Positions 18,380 to 27,876 of a stretch of DNA of 64,000 nucleotides are shown piece by piece (position 1 is the first letter of the stretch; every line of letters begins with the position of its first letter). The notes below the pieces were generated by a model, which was not told where the DNA came from, did not search any database, and worked only from the letters and a program-made list of their open reading frames with translations. Made by a program: the position numbers and the translations under genes. The stretch spans positions 248,326 to 312,325 of the IMG/VR virus record IMGVR_UViG_3300042010_000106, one strand, 5' to 3'.

Positions 18380-20679
18380 TTGAGATTTGCGAATCGGACT
18401 TTAAAGGTATCGTCTCGTATCGCGAAGGCAGGTATGACTTCACTGACAACTGCGGTTTCGTGGTTGTTAGTGGGATCAACAAAGACTCGCTGATTTCGCG
18501 TGAACAGAATAACGGTGCCGGTAAATCTGTATTCTTTGGCATGATTCCTAACGTGCGGTTTGAGAAAACCCCGCTCGCAGACTCTGTTAAAAAAGCACGG
18601 ATTCATACCAAGGGTTCCCACGTTACGCTCCGAGTGAAAAACCTTGGGCACACGTGGGATGTAACCCAAAAAGCAAACGGCTACGTAATCGCACGGGACA
18701 ATGAAGACCTGAAGGTACGCGGCCAAGCAACACAGAAAGCAAAAGTCGCAGAAATCATTCCGCTGACTGAGGATGAATGGTATTCCTACGTTTATCTCCA
18801 GTCGCAGAAATCTCTAGGCTTTCAGCAAAGCACACCACGCGTTCGGATGACATACATCACGGACGTTTGGCGCCTTGATCAATACGACATCATGCGCAAA
18901 CACTTCGACAAGAAAATTGACGACGTGAAGATGGCGAAAAATGAATACGACGTGCACGTGAGTACGTCGGTTCAATTGTCTAGCGCGCTGAAAAAGAACG
19001 GCTGGAACAACAAGAAGCAAGCAGAACTCGACGAAGCAACTGACATCGTTAAAGGTCTGTCGAAGAAAGTAAAAAATCTGCAAACCCGTGTGCAAGAATT
19101 GCGCAGCCTCAAGAAGCAAGTAGAGTTTTACGAAACAACTGCTGGCAAACTGCGTAAGCTCGAAAAGAAATCGAAGTACACGAAAGCAGAACTGAAGGAA
19201 ATGTACAAACTGGCTGAAAAGCATGAGCATTATGCTGAAGCCAAAGCAGAGTACGACGAAACGTTTGCGAAACTTAACAAGCGTTTGAAAGCACTCGGCA
19301 AAACCAAGGGCACCAAAGCCCTGAAGGTGCGGGCTAAAGAGCTGCGCACTGAGCTGGTGAAGTGGGAAGAAGAAGAAAAACGTTTGACGAAAGTTCGTGA
19401 TAAATACGACGACGCTAAACGTGAACTGGAAAACCTCGACGATCACAGCGAACCTGAACTGCGTCCGTTCCTGACCAAGTGCAGCAAAGCAAAAATTGAT
19501 CCGATGGAAGCGCTGAAGGAAGAGCAAAGCATGGTGAAAACCACGCTGAAACTCGCTGACCTTTTGCACGAACACGAAGACGGTAAATGCCCGACGTGTC
19601 AAAGCGCGATCAACATCAAAGACTTGGAAGTAAGTCTGAAGGTGGCGAAGAAACGCAAAGGTGTTCTGTCGTCGATGATCTACGCGCTGCAAATCCGAAA
19701 CACTCGCACAGAGAACAAGGCGATCATTGATTCCTTGAACTTTGACGAACGCGGGTTCTATGCACTGCGTAAAAAGATCAAGAAAGCCAACGAAGAACTT
19801 GATGAAATTTCCGAGCAGGTAGAAGCCGCAACGAAGTTTGATCAAATCACCGAACAACTGGCAGAGCTGAAAGAACCAAAGGCGCCGAAAGGCAAAGTGA
19901 AGTTGACCGTTGAACAAATCGAAGAGGCGGTCGAAGTCCTCAACGAAATCAAAGCGCTCAAAGCACGCCTTGCAGAGTTTGAAGACAAGCCAGAAGACAA
20001 CGGTATCAGCGCCGAGCTGAAAGAAGTTAAAGCGAAGCTGGGCAAGCTGGAATCCAAGTATGAAAAAGCATTCAGCACAACCGTGAAACTCGGCCAGTTG
20101 CATGCGGAATTCAAACTGCTGACGAAGCAACGCAAATCACTCGATGAACAAATCGACAATTTGCTGCCTCTCACAAAGAAACTGGAAATGTACAAAACGT
20201 TGTCGAAAGCCTACAGCAACAAGGGCTTGAAACTCTACGCGATGAACAACATTTTGTACCAGTTGCAGCAGCACTACAACGCATATGCAAATCTGATCTT
20301 TGCTGAGCCGTTCAAGTTCACGGTAACAGCGAAAGAAGACGGCGTGCACATCATCGTTGACCGGGGCCACGGCAACCCTAGCGACGTTCGTGAATTGTCC
20401 GGTGCAGAATCCGATAGTTTCCGACTGTTGCACTTCCTTGCGTGCTTGATCATGGCGCCGGATGATCGTCGTTTGAACATTGCGATTCTCGACGAACCAG
20501 ATTCACACATGGACTTGGCAACGGCTGGGCTTTTTGCTGATCGTTACATTCCTTTCCTGCGTACGTTGGTGCCGCATATTTTCCTGATCACACAGAAAGG
20601 GAAACACATGCACAGCAACTGCGATTACCTGACCATTGAAAAACACAAAGGTGTTTCAAAACTGAAGGTAGGTCAGTGA
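18376..20679 (+). CDS. sbcC: SbcC/Rad50-like ATPase
   Basis: NGAGKS Walker A, coiled coils, CPTC zinc hook, LSGAE signature, ILDEPD. Confidence 0.9.
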   Translation: MIEICESDFKGIVSYREGRYDFTDNCGFVVVSGINKDSLISREQNNGAGKSVFFGMIPNVRFEKTPLADSVKKARIHTKGSHVTLRVKNLGHTWDVTQKANGYVIARDNEDLKVRGQATQKAKVAEIIPLTEDEWYSYVYLQSQKSLGFQQSTPRVRMTYITDVWRLDQYDIMRKHFDKKIDDVKMAKNEYDVHVSTSVQLSSALKKNGWNNKKQAELDEATDIVKGLSKKVKNLQTRVQELRSLKKQVEFYETTAGKLRKLEKKSKYTKAELKEMYKLAEKHEHYAEAKAEYDETFAKLNKRLKALGKTKGTKALKVRAKELRTELVKWEEEEKRLTKVRDKYDDAKRELENLDDHSEPELRPFLTKCSKAKIDPMEALKEEQSMVKTTLKLADLLHEHEDGKCPTCQSAINIKDLEVSLKVAKKRKGVLSSMIYALQIRNTRTENKAIIDSLNFDERGFYALRKKIKKANEELDEISEQVEAATKFDQITEQLAELKEPKAPKGKVKLTVEQIEEAVEVLNEIKALKARLAEFEDKPEDNGISAELKEVKAKLGKLESKYEKAFSTTVKLGQLHAEFKLLTKQRKSLDEQIDNLLPLTKKLEMYKTLSKAYSNKGLKLYAMNNILYQLQQHYNAYANLIFAEPFKFTVTAKEDGVHIIVDRGHGNPSDVRELSGAESDSFRLLHFLACLIMAPDDRRLNIAILDEPDSHMDLATAGLFADRYIPFLRTLVPHIFLITQKGKHMHSNCDYLTIEKHKGVSKLKVGQ

Positions 20680-20807
20680 TGCGACTCAAGCAAAAACAAC
20701 TCAAAAAGAAAGTTCCTGATAATGAAGCTGCGCTGAAGCGAATGCGGGCGTATGCAGAAGCCACACGGGAACAATTCGTTAACGTGTTGAACAGGGCAGA
20801 CCCATGA
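20679..20807 (+). CDS. Small hypothetical protein (42 aa)
   Basis: TGATG overlap with sbcC; ATGA overlap with the next gene. Confidence 0.5.
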   Translation: MRLKQKQLKKKVPDNEAALKRMRAYAEATREQFVNVLNRADP

Positions 20808-21010
20808 TCACATGGACAGCAAAAGAAGTGAAAGCGGGATGGCGTTTCTACGCCGTCCTGTTGCTTTACGGAAGTGTGAAAATCCACACCGACGTTCTCA
20901 TTCCCCGCAATCAGATGTCACCGGAAACTGCGTGGGACTGCATCGCAAAAATGCAGGCGGCTATCAACCGTCGTCGCGCAGAGCATGAGGCGCCCAATGG
21001 GACAAGTTGA
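20804..21010 (+). CDS. Hypothetical protein
   Basis: 68 aa, in operon. Confidence 0.55.
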   Translation: MITWTAKEVKAGWRFYAVLLLYGSVKIHTDVLIPRNQMSPETAWDCIAKMQAAINRRRAEHEAPNGTS

Positions 21011-21341
21011 AAGCGACTTTACTGAATTATCGGAGGGCCAATATTTCGTAACCAGTTACGATGCGGCCATCCGCGCAGCAGAACATTTCTACGTTGAATG
21101 CGCAAACTTTGACGCTACGATGGCAACGGTAGTGAGCGAAGACGCACCGGTTAGCTTTGAGCTGGATGCCGCACTGGTCAACGCTGAATATCCACGCATA
21201 GTTTCATTCTACATTGAACACGGTTGTTACGGTGAGGCATGCCGCGATCAAAGAGAATCGTTTGTAGAAATTCTCTACAGTTTCGGACTGCCTGAAACAC
21301 TGGAAATGACTGCACAATTTACTTCGCGGGGTTATGTGTAA
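20997..21341 (+). CDS. Small YP-family paralog 1
   Basis: YFV...AA.H...EYPRIVSF. Confidence 0.6.
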   Translation: MGQVESDFTELSEGQYFVTSYDAAIRAAEHFYVECANFDATMATVVSEDAPVSFELDAALVNAEYPRIVSFYIEHGCYGEACRDQRESFVEILYSFGLPETLEMTAQFTSRGYV

Positions 21342-21631
21342 TGGACAAGTTCGATTTGCCTGATCGTACAGCACAATACAAACGCATTAACGGCGACCGC
21401 TATTTGGTGCTGAGTTTCCAAGGTGTGTTCGAAGCGGCCACAACCGCAATCGGCCACGGTGTTTCCAAAGTGCATTACGTTTGCCCTGACAACGAACACA
21501 CCAACAACGTGTCTGGCGAGTACCCACGCGTCATGACATTTTCAAAAGATCCACACAACAATTACTGCGCGCTGGTCACGTCGTGCATCAACGAAACGCA
21601 GTTGAACGAACTGCAAAAACATTTCATGTAG
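21341..21631 (+). CDS. Small YP-family paralog 2
   Basis: YLV...AA...EYPRVMTF. Confidence 0.6.
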   Translation: MDKFDLPDRTAQYKRINGDRYLVLSFQGVFEAATTAIGHGVSKVHYVCPDNEHTNNVSGEYPRVMTFSKDPHNNYCALVTSCINETQLNELQKHFM

Positions 21632-21641
21632 GGACACAGAA

Positions 21642-21893
21642 ATGCTTCACGTGATACGCAATATCTACTACGTGCAAGACAGAGCAGACGTTTCAAAAGC
21701 AGCAAAGCACCTCGCAGGAATCACACGGGGAACTGTTGGTTTGTTTTTCTTGATCGACGACGAACCGGCTTACCCTGCATTCGTAGTTCTACACCTCGAC
21801 AAAAAGCATTTGACCGTTGACGTGGTTGGATACCTGCACACGTTTGATTTATCCGACCTGCACAACGCAGAATTTTCAGGAGAAAGCACATGA
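21642..21893 (+). CDS. Small YP-family paralog 3
   Basis: YYVQDR...AAKH...AYPAFVVL. Confidence 0.6.
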   Translation: MLHVIRNIYYVQDRADVSKAAKHLAGITRGTVGLFFLIDDEPAYPAFVVLHLDKKHLTVDVVGYLHTFDLSDLHNAEFSGEST

Positions 21894-22048
21894 TCGTAGA
21901 CGTTTTGCGCAAGTTGAAATTCGATACGTCTTACAAATTCTACCGGGCCGACGGTAAGTTTGAAGCAGATGCAAACCGGCACGTAACGCAGTTCCACGCA
22001 GAAAGCGAGCTGCAAGATATCAAGGCCAAATGCCCAAAGGATGACTGA
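21890..22048 (+). CDS. Small hypothetical protein (52 aa)
   Basis: AGGAG RBS; overlaps both neighbours' start/stop. Confidence 0.5.
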   Translation: MIVDVLRKLKFDTSYKFYRADGKFEADANRHVTQFHAESELQDIKAKCPKDD

Positions 22049-22773
22049 TGAAAGTTTTTGCGTTTGCACACCACGCGCCCGATGAAATTTTGATGAAGCT
22101 TTGCGAATCCGGTATTGATCGCGATGACATCTATGTCGTGCGTGTTGACGAAGTGATTAAGCGCAAAAACAAGCGTAATCACTTGATCTTTTTGACGACA
22201 GCCAGTTTCAATGCCAACCGTGAGCAGTTAGAAGTTCGTACAGCACAATCGTACGTGTTCGATAACCCGCTGCGTTTGGCACAATTCAATTTCACGCCCG
22301 CCGATTATCGTATGGAAGAATATTTCCACGTTGACGGGTTTGCATTGATTCCGTGCGTACGTCTCGACAGATGCCCCGACCAACCAATCAATCGGAAACC
22401 GTTTGATATCGTGGCAGTCGCAACGGAATATGCGAAGCAACAAATCACGTTCCTGATGCAGTTCATGACGTTCATTTATTCGATGCCTAGCGAAACACAC
22501 CAGAAGCCAATTAAAGAGCTGGTGTGCAAGTGGATGGCGTCTAAAGAACCATTCAGCAGATACTGTAAACGATTGGAGAAGCTGCGCGAATCCATTCACC
22601 TGACAGACAAACAGGTACGGCGTTTAACCGACTTGCTTAGCAGCAGTACCGCGATTCTTTATCGTGACGCTTTGCAACAACCGGGTGAAGAAGACGAAGT
22701 GGCAAAAGCCTATAAAATCAGCGCGTATGAAATGCGCTACATCCGGTCGATTAACGGGACGCTGAAATCATGA
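22048..22773 (+). CDS. Hypothetical protein
   Basis: 241 aa, in operon. Confidence 0.75.
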   Translation: MKVFAFAHHAPDEILMKLCESGIDRDDIYVVRVDEVIKRKNKRNHLIFLTTASFNANREQLEVRTAQSYVFDNPLRLAQFNFTPADYRMEEYFHVDGFALIPCVRLDRCPDQPINRKPFDIVAVATEYAKQQITFLMQFMTFIYSMPSETHQKPIKELVCKWMASKEPFSRYCKRLEKLRESIHLTDKQVRRLTDLLSSSTAILYRDALQQPGEEDEVAKAYKISAYEMRYIRSINGTLKS

Positions 22774-23168
22774 GCCTTGAAAACTACGAATATATCGCAC
22801 CGAGTCTTTTTGTTGCGCGCACGCAAGCGGGCTTCAATCAGATTCTGAAAATGCACCAAGACGGCACCGATATGCCTGTCGATGGTTTCCCTGTTTCGTA
22901 CCCGTCGTTTGTCACAATCCATTTGGGATATCGCGGCCACCACTATCTTGACGTAACTTGCTGGCCGGTGAATCTGGTTGCAGACGCATGTAAACGGCAC
23001 ACGCCGGAACCGGTGCACGAAACACCAGAAGAGGAAGGCGCAAGAATGTATCGTGAAAACGTCAGCCTTTCAAACGTTTGGGGATCGGTTTCGCCTGTAA
23101 ACTTTCCGCATGTTGGCCGTGTGTTAGACGCGTACGTTGTAGAGGCGGAAAATGATAAAGCAAATTGA
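22770..23168 (+). CDS. YP-family paralog 4 with C-terminal extension
   Basis: LFVART...SYPSFVTI. Confidence 0.55.
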   Translation: MSLENYEYIAPSLFVARTQAGFNQILKMHQDGTDMPVDGFPVSYPSFVTIHLGYRGHHYLDVTCWPVNLVADACKRHTPEPVHETPEEEGARMYRENVSLSNVWGSVSPVNFPHVGRVLDAYVVEAENDKAN

Positions 23169-23448
23169 TGGCTTCGAAATGAAAGAAGCAGGATGGGCAC
23201 CAGTAACCAGCGTTCCGCAAGAAGTTTGGGACAACGCCATGAAAAACGGCATCCCACACATTCAAGGCTTTAACATTATCACTGACGCATTTCAGCACAG
23301 GCCGAAAGGCAAAACCGTTAACGGCGTACGCCTGTCGTACACGAAACGTGGCGTGCTACTGCAAGATCGTTGGATGGGTGGTGGTATGACTCTGCATTTC
23401 CATAGCATGCGCGAAGCATCCGTTTACGCAAAAGGTTGGACAGCATGA
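23152..23448 (+). CDS. Hypothetical protein
   Basis: 98 aa, in operon. Confidence 0.6.
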   Translation: MIKQIDGFEMKEAGWAPVTSVPQEVWDNAMKNGIPHIQGFNIITDAFQHRPKGKTVNGVRLSYTKRGVLLQDRWMGGGMTLHFHSMREASVYAKGWTA

Positions 23449-23714
23449 CTGATAAATATAAAAACATTCACAAAAATTTGTGGTTGGTTGAAGACCGTGA
23501 AGGTTTGGAGCAGGCCGCGAAAATCGTTGCGCACCAAAGCAAGCGCGACGGTCTGCCAGTAACCATTCACAGCACACGCATGCAACTGTCTGATAAATAT
23601 CCGTGTGTTGTGGTGCTGATTCAAGTTGACATTGCAGCCGTCGAAGTTGTCAGCGTTTTGACAGACACAACGTTGTCGCACTGCCTGCGTGAAATTGGAG
23701 CGCTCCCAAAATGA
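23445..23714 (+). CDS. Small YP-family paralog 5
   Basis: LWLVEDR...AAK...KYPCVVVL. Confidence 0.6.
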   Translation: MTDKYKNIHKNLWLVEDREGLEQAAKIVAHQSKRDGLPVTIHSTRMQLSDKYPCVVVLIQVDIAAVEVVSVLTDTTLSHCLREIGALPK

Positions 23715-24121
23715 GTACGGAACAAACCCTCGCTGGCGCAATTGCTAGCAAAGACGAAATCTTGCGCTGGGCAGACAGCGTAATGACTGACCTCGGAAAC
23801 ATTCGTGTAGAACCTTCGATAGATCCAGCCGTGGATTACGAAGTGAACGTTTACGAATTGAAATCAGAACCGCGCACATACGAAGAACGCCAAGCAGATC
23901 GTTTGGCAAATATGCTCAAGCGTCGGCACTTCCAACACATGATCACGCACGGTATGAGCAGCATGCCACGCCACGTGCGTTTGCGCGCAGTTCGCGGTGG
24001 TTGTTTTGTTGATGTTTTCTACACGTACGCATTTATTCAAATGCCTTTCAACAGTATCCGGCTCGCACGGAAATACGTTAAGTACATGGGTCTGCCACTG
24101 CACACCGGAGAAGAGAAATGA
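23711..24121 (+). CDS. Hypothetical protein
   Basis: 136 aa; GGAG RBS. Confidence 0.65.
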   Translation: MSTEQTLAGAIASKDEILRWADSVMTDLGNIRVEPSIDPAVDYEVNVYELKSEPRTYEERQADRLANMLKRRHFQHMITHGMSSMPRHVRLRAVRGGCFVDVFYTYAFIQMPFNSIRLARKYVKYMGLPLHTGEEK

Positions 24122-24468
24122 TTTCGCAAGTTACAAAAGCTTTGTTCCCGCCATGCCCTGAATTCAAACGCCACGTCGTCACGTTCTCTTTGCCGAATGG
24201 GCATGAGTGGAAATACAACGTCGTGCGCATTAACCGCAAGCCAATCATGCGCGGCCACACCGACACTATGCGCATGAATATCACGGGCAAAGAAAACGTT
24301 CTGCACTTCACTGACATTCAGTTGGGTCGCGGCAACAAGCTCGACGATATCAAAACCGACGTTCCTGTTAACCAAGAATTCAGCGTGCCAATTCGTGTGG
24401 GGATTGATTACCACTTGAACGCCGTTGGTAGCACAGCCGTTGTCTACACTCTCCCGGTGAACGTATGA
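24118..24468 (+). CDS. Hypothetical protein
   Basis: 116 aa; GGAG RBS. Confidence 0.65.
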   Translation: MISQVTKALFPPCPEFKRHVVTFSLPNGHEWKYNVVRINRKPIMRGHTDTMRMNITGKENVLHFTDIQLGRGNKLDDIKTDVPVNQEFSVPIRVGIDYHLNAVGSTAVVYTLPVNV

Positions 24469-24794
24469 AAACAGAAGTCGCTTCTGAAGTTGTTTGTCAT
24501 TTGATGGAACAAATCAATGCGCGCATTCACCCAAGTGACGCATGGGTTTATGTACGTCGTCGCAAATACAAGAAGCAAGACGAATTGGTACGTGAAATCA
24601 ACGAAGAACGTCGCAGCGTAGAACAGCACAACGTTTATCACGTCAAAACAAATGACACGCTGTCGGAAATTGCACAACGTTTTGAAGGCGCCAGTATCGG
24701 CGTGATGATGCGTATCAACAACATCGTAGACCCGGATGTTATCTACGCTGGTTCCACGTTGAACATCTACAACAAGGCGAAACCGAATGAGTAA
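24465..24794 (+). CDS. LysM-domain protein
   Basis: YHVKTNDTLSEIAQRF...INNIVDPDVIYAGSTLNI. Confidence 0.85.
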   Translation: MKTEVASEVVCHLMEQINARIHPSDAWVYVRRRKYKKQDELVREINEERRSVEQHNVYHVKTNDTLSEIAQRFEGASIGVMMRINNIVDPDVIYAGSTLNIYNKAKPNE

Positions 24795-25203
24795 TTCAGC
24801 GCTCGACGACATCAACGTACGCCGCACGATCAGTCACATTCAAAACAAATTGCACGAAGTGGTTTGTGCCAATACAACAATTGGCGAAATGCTGCGGCCT
24901 GAATCGGCGAAACAACGTATCAAAGAAGTCACCGACGATTTCATGCGTAGTCTCAAAGATCGCGGCGCAATTACAGACAGTGAATCGACGTGTGAGCGCA
25001 TATGCAGCGTTGTGCTGAACGACACACCACGCGGCCCGGTTGCCAACTGCCTGAACGAAAAAGGCGAATCGGTAAAGACTGTAAAATACAGTGGTCGTCG
25101 CTACGCACGAAAACGTATGCGCCGTCAAATTGGCCTGTACGTGATTGCATGGAAAATCGAACCTGCTCCCATGCAGGTTTACCAAATCAGAGTGAGTATT
25201 TAA
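24787..25203 (+). CDS. Stand-alone tail-sheath C-terminal-like domain protein
   Basis: INVRR...I...RIK......LKDRGAI aligns by eye with the C-terminus of the sheath at 54514-56154. Confidence 0.55.
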   Translation: MSNSALDDINVRRTISHIQNKLHEVVCANTTIGEMLRPESAKQRIKEVTDDFMRSLKDRGAITDSESTCERICSVVLNDTPRGPVANCLNEKGESVKTVKYSGRRYARKRMRRQIGLYVIAWKIEPAPMQVYQIRVSI

Positions 25204-26247
25204 ATGCTGGAAGGTATTGCAACATCTGACTTCCACCTTGACGGGTTGAACAAACATTTCATCAATGCAAATGATCGTATCTTTGCAGAGTGGGACAAGA
25301 TTTGCCAATACGCTTTAGCTAACGGCATCAAACACATCTTTATCCCCGGTGATATGTCGGATACACCACTGCTGGATTGGGATACGTACACGAAGCTTTT
25401 CCTGCATCTGAAAAAGTATGACGGGATTCTGAATACGTATTACATGATTGGCAACCACGACGTGGCCGACAGTGAAAACACGTCGATGAATTTCTTGAAT
25501 ACCCTCGCACAAGCAGGCGTGTTCAAGACGTTCAAAATCTACATGAAACCAAAGCGTGAAATCATTGACAACGTGCCGGTGAATTTCATTCCGTGGTATG
25601 CAGGTCAAATGAAAACCCTTTCGGATGGTAAGGAAGGTGCATTGAATTTCGCACACGTTGAATACACGGGTGCCATTGGTGATAACGGTCGCCTGCTGAA
25701 AACAAAGCATGAATTGATCACCAATAAAAACGATTACACAATCAGCGGACACATTCACCAATATCAGGTGCTGGAATCCAAACGCGCCTTGTATTGCGGC
25801 AATCCATTCCAAAAGAACTTTGGTGAGGATTTGCCAAAAGGTTTCGTGCATTTCAAAGCTGAATTGAAAGGCAATAAGATTGAATTGACGCATAAACGCG
25901 TTGATAACAAACCAAACTTTACGCTGCAAAACGTCATTATCGAAGACATTAACCATTTCAAGAAGCTGGAACATAGCGATAGCATTCGTTATAAGCTGCA
26001 CGTTAGCGCAGACGTGCCTATTCCTGCTGATTTGATGCTGCAATACCCGAACATTACGGGCGGCATTTGGGTACATGGTCAAAAGAAAAAGGATTCAAAG
26101 GAAGAAGAGGTTAAAATCACCAAAACAGAGGTGAATATGCGTACTGGTCTAAAGAAGTTCTTAGGTGCTGAAGGAATGGATAAAGACCAAATCAAACGTG
26201 CAACCGCCGAGGTTAAAGCAGCACAGAATCACCTCGGATTTAGTTAA
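25204..26247 (+). CDS. sbcD: SbcD/Mre11-like metallophosphoesterase nuclease
   Basis: SDFH, PGD, GNHD, AH and GHIH motifs. Confidence 0.9.
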   Translation: MLEGIATSDFHLDGLNKHFINANDRIFAEWDKICQYALANGIKHIFIPGDMSDTPLLDWDTYTKLFLHLKKYDGILNTYYMIGNHDVADSENTSMNFLNTLAQAGVFKTFKIYMKPKREIIDNVPVNFIPWYAGQMKTLSDGKEGALNFAHVEYTGAIGDNGRLLKTKHELITNKNDYTISGHIHQYQVLESKRALYCGNPFQKNFGEDLPKGFVHFKAELKGNKIELTHKRVDNKPNFTLQNVIIEDINHFKKLEHSDSIRYKLHVSADVPIPADLMLQYPNITGGIWVHGQKKKDSKEEEVKITKTEVNMRTGLKKFLGAEGMDKDQIKRATAEVKAAQNHLGFS

Positions 26248-26282
26248 GGAAATTCACGAGTTTTCGCCGGATTGGGGCATAC

Positions 26283-26288
26283 TAATTT
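26283..26288 (+). promoter_or_regulatory. TAATTT putative late promoter motif
   Basis: Recurs at 27853, 32151, 54445 and 9080(-) in intergenic gaps. Confidence 0.5.
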
Positions 26289-26366
26289 ATATTTAGGTTG
26301 GGTACATCGTGGCGCTACGATTGGATTCCAACTGTATACTCCAATCCCACGAAGGTAGTGATTACC

Positions 26367-27776
26367 ATGGCTAAGACTGTTGTTGTTCGTAAGGACACCA
26401 GCGCTGCTGCTAAGAAGGCTGCTAAAGTAGCCAAGCAAGCGCGCAACAAAAACAAAGGTAAGCTGAACGCAAAAGCTAAACGCGAATACAAGCACCTTTC
26501 CCCGAAACAGAAAAAAGCGCATCTGGAAAAAGTGGTTTGGCGTAAAGCCAAGGCCCACGGCGCCACTGATGCCGAAGCCGATAAGGCCGTACTGATTTAC
26601 AAAAAACGTCGTCAACATCGGAATGCTGGTAAGCACGCCGCTGAACAACGCCGTCAAGCTACCAGTCTGCAAAAGCAGGTTCGTGGCAACATCAAAATGA
26701 AAGCGAAGAAAATCTCTGACTCTCACAAGAAAGCACTGCAAAAGATTCGCACCGCCAAAGTTGCACCGGCTGTGAAATCGAAAATGCGCAATGCTGAAAA
26801 GCAACGTTACGCCGCCGAACGCACTCAACTGGCGAAAGAGCGTAACAAAGCTGTGAAGTCGCACGCATCGCGTCTGACCAAGATCAAAGCAGTTGCACAG
26901 AAGCACGGCCCAATCAAGCTTTCGAGCCTGATTTCCAACTTCAGCAAACGCACTCTCGGCCAGAAAGGCAAGCGTCTGAAAACCGTAAGCGATAAGCCGA
27001 AAGTTGCTCAGACCAAAGCCGGTGGCGCAATGAAGAAACCAACCGCCGCGAAAAAGCCACGTGCCGCGAAATCGGTTGGTAGCGAAGTTGCTGCAATTGC
27101 CGACAAAGCATTCGGTGTGAAAGGGAAGCCGGGCCGCAAGCCTAAAAACCCTACCCCAGCCGCTGATGCTCCAGTAGCCAAAACCAAACGCGCTTACGTG
27201 CGTAAGGCAAAAACTGCTGAAACCGCCGCCAAAGCTGCACCGGCTGCAAAAGCCACCAAGGGTAAGAAAAACCCTACCACCAAAGTAGCCACTCCAGCTA
27301 CCGAGGGTAAGCCAAAACGCGCTTACAACAAGAAGCCAAAAGTTGAAGCTGCCGAGGCTCCAAAAGCCAAACGTGCCTACAACAAAAAGCCGAAAGTTGA
27401 AGCTGCTCCGGCTGAAGTGAAAACCAAGCGTAAATATACGCGTAAGGCCAAGCCTGAAGCTGCCCCGGCTGCTGAAGTGAAAACCAAACGCAAATATACC
27501 CGTAAGGACAAGGCCGCTGCTCCTGCTGCCGAAGCCCCAAAGGCAAAACGCGCTTACAACAAAAAGCCAAAAGCTGATGCCGCTCCGGCTGCAAAAGCTC
27601 CGGCCAAAACCGGTAAGAAAGCTGCTGCTAAACCAGCCGCTAAAGCACCAGCCAAAACCGCTGCGAAAGCTCCGGCAAAAGGCGGCGCTAAAGCCAAATC
27701 CGGCGCGGCAATCCCGCAAAAGAAAACCGCAGCTAAACCAGCCAAGTCTGGTAACAAGCGCGCTACCCTGAACTAA
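26367..27776 (+). CDS. Histone H1-like Lys/Ala/Pro-rich DNA-binding protein
   Basis: 469 aa, extremely basic; repeats KRAYNKKPK x3, KRKYTRK x2, KPGRKPK, PAKK/AAK-type tail. Confidence 0.8.
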   Translation: MAKTVVVRKDTSAAAKKAAKVAKQARNKNKGKLNAKAKREYKHLSPKQKKAHLEKVVWRKAKAHGATDAEADKAVLIYKKRRQHRNAGKHAAEQRRQATSLQKQVRGNIKMKAKKISDSHKKALQKIRTAKVAPAVKSKMRNAEKQRYAAERTQLAKERNKAVKSHASRLTKIKAVAQKHGPIKLSSLISNFSKRTLGQKGKRLKTVSDKPKVAQTKAGGAMKKPTAAKKPRAAKSVGSEVAAIADKAFGVKGKPGRKPKNPTPAADAPVAKTKRAYVRKAKTAETAAKAAPAAKATKGKKNPTTKVATPATEGKPKRAYNKKPKVEAAEAPKAKRAYNKKPKVEAAPAEVKTKRKYTRKAKPEAAPAAEVKTKRKYTRKDKAAAPAAEAPKAKRAYNKKPKADAAPAAKAPAKTGKKAAAKPAAKAPAKTAAKAPAKGGAKAKSGAAIPQKKTAAKPAKSGNKRATLN

Positions 27777-27801
27777 TAGTTTTGGGTTAGGTTACACCAA
27801 G

Positions 27802-27839
27802 AAACCCGGTATTCCATTCATTTGGGTGCCGGGTTTTTT
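27802..27839 (+). terminator. Intrinsic terminator
   Basis: AAACCCGG...CCGGG-TTTTTT. Confidence 0.8.
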
Positions 27840-27876
27840 GCGTTCTACACGCTAATTTTACTGTATATCCACTGTC

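Noticed and set aside
27185-27570. DNA repeats resembling an array
   Set aside because: In-frame coding repeats of the H1-like protein with synonymous variation; not CRISPR.
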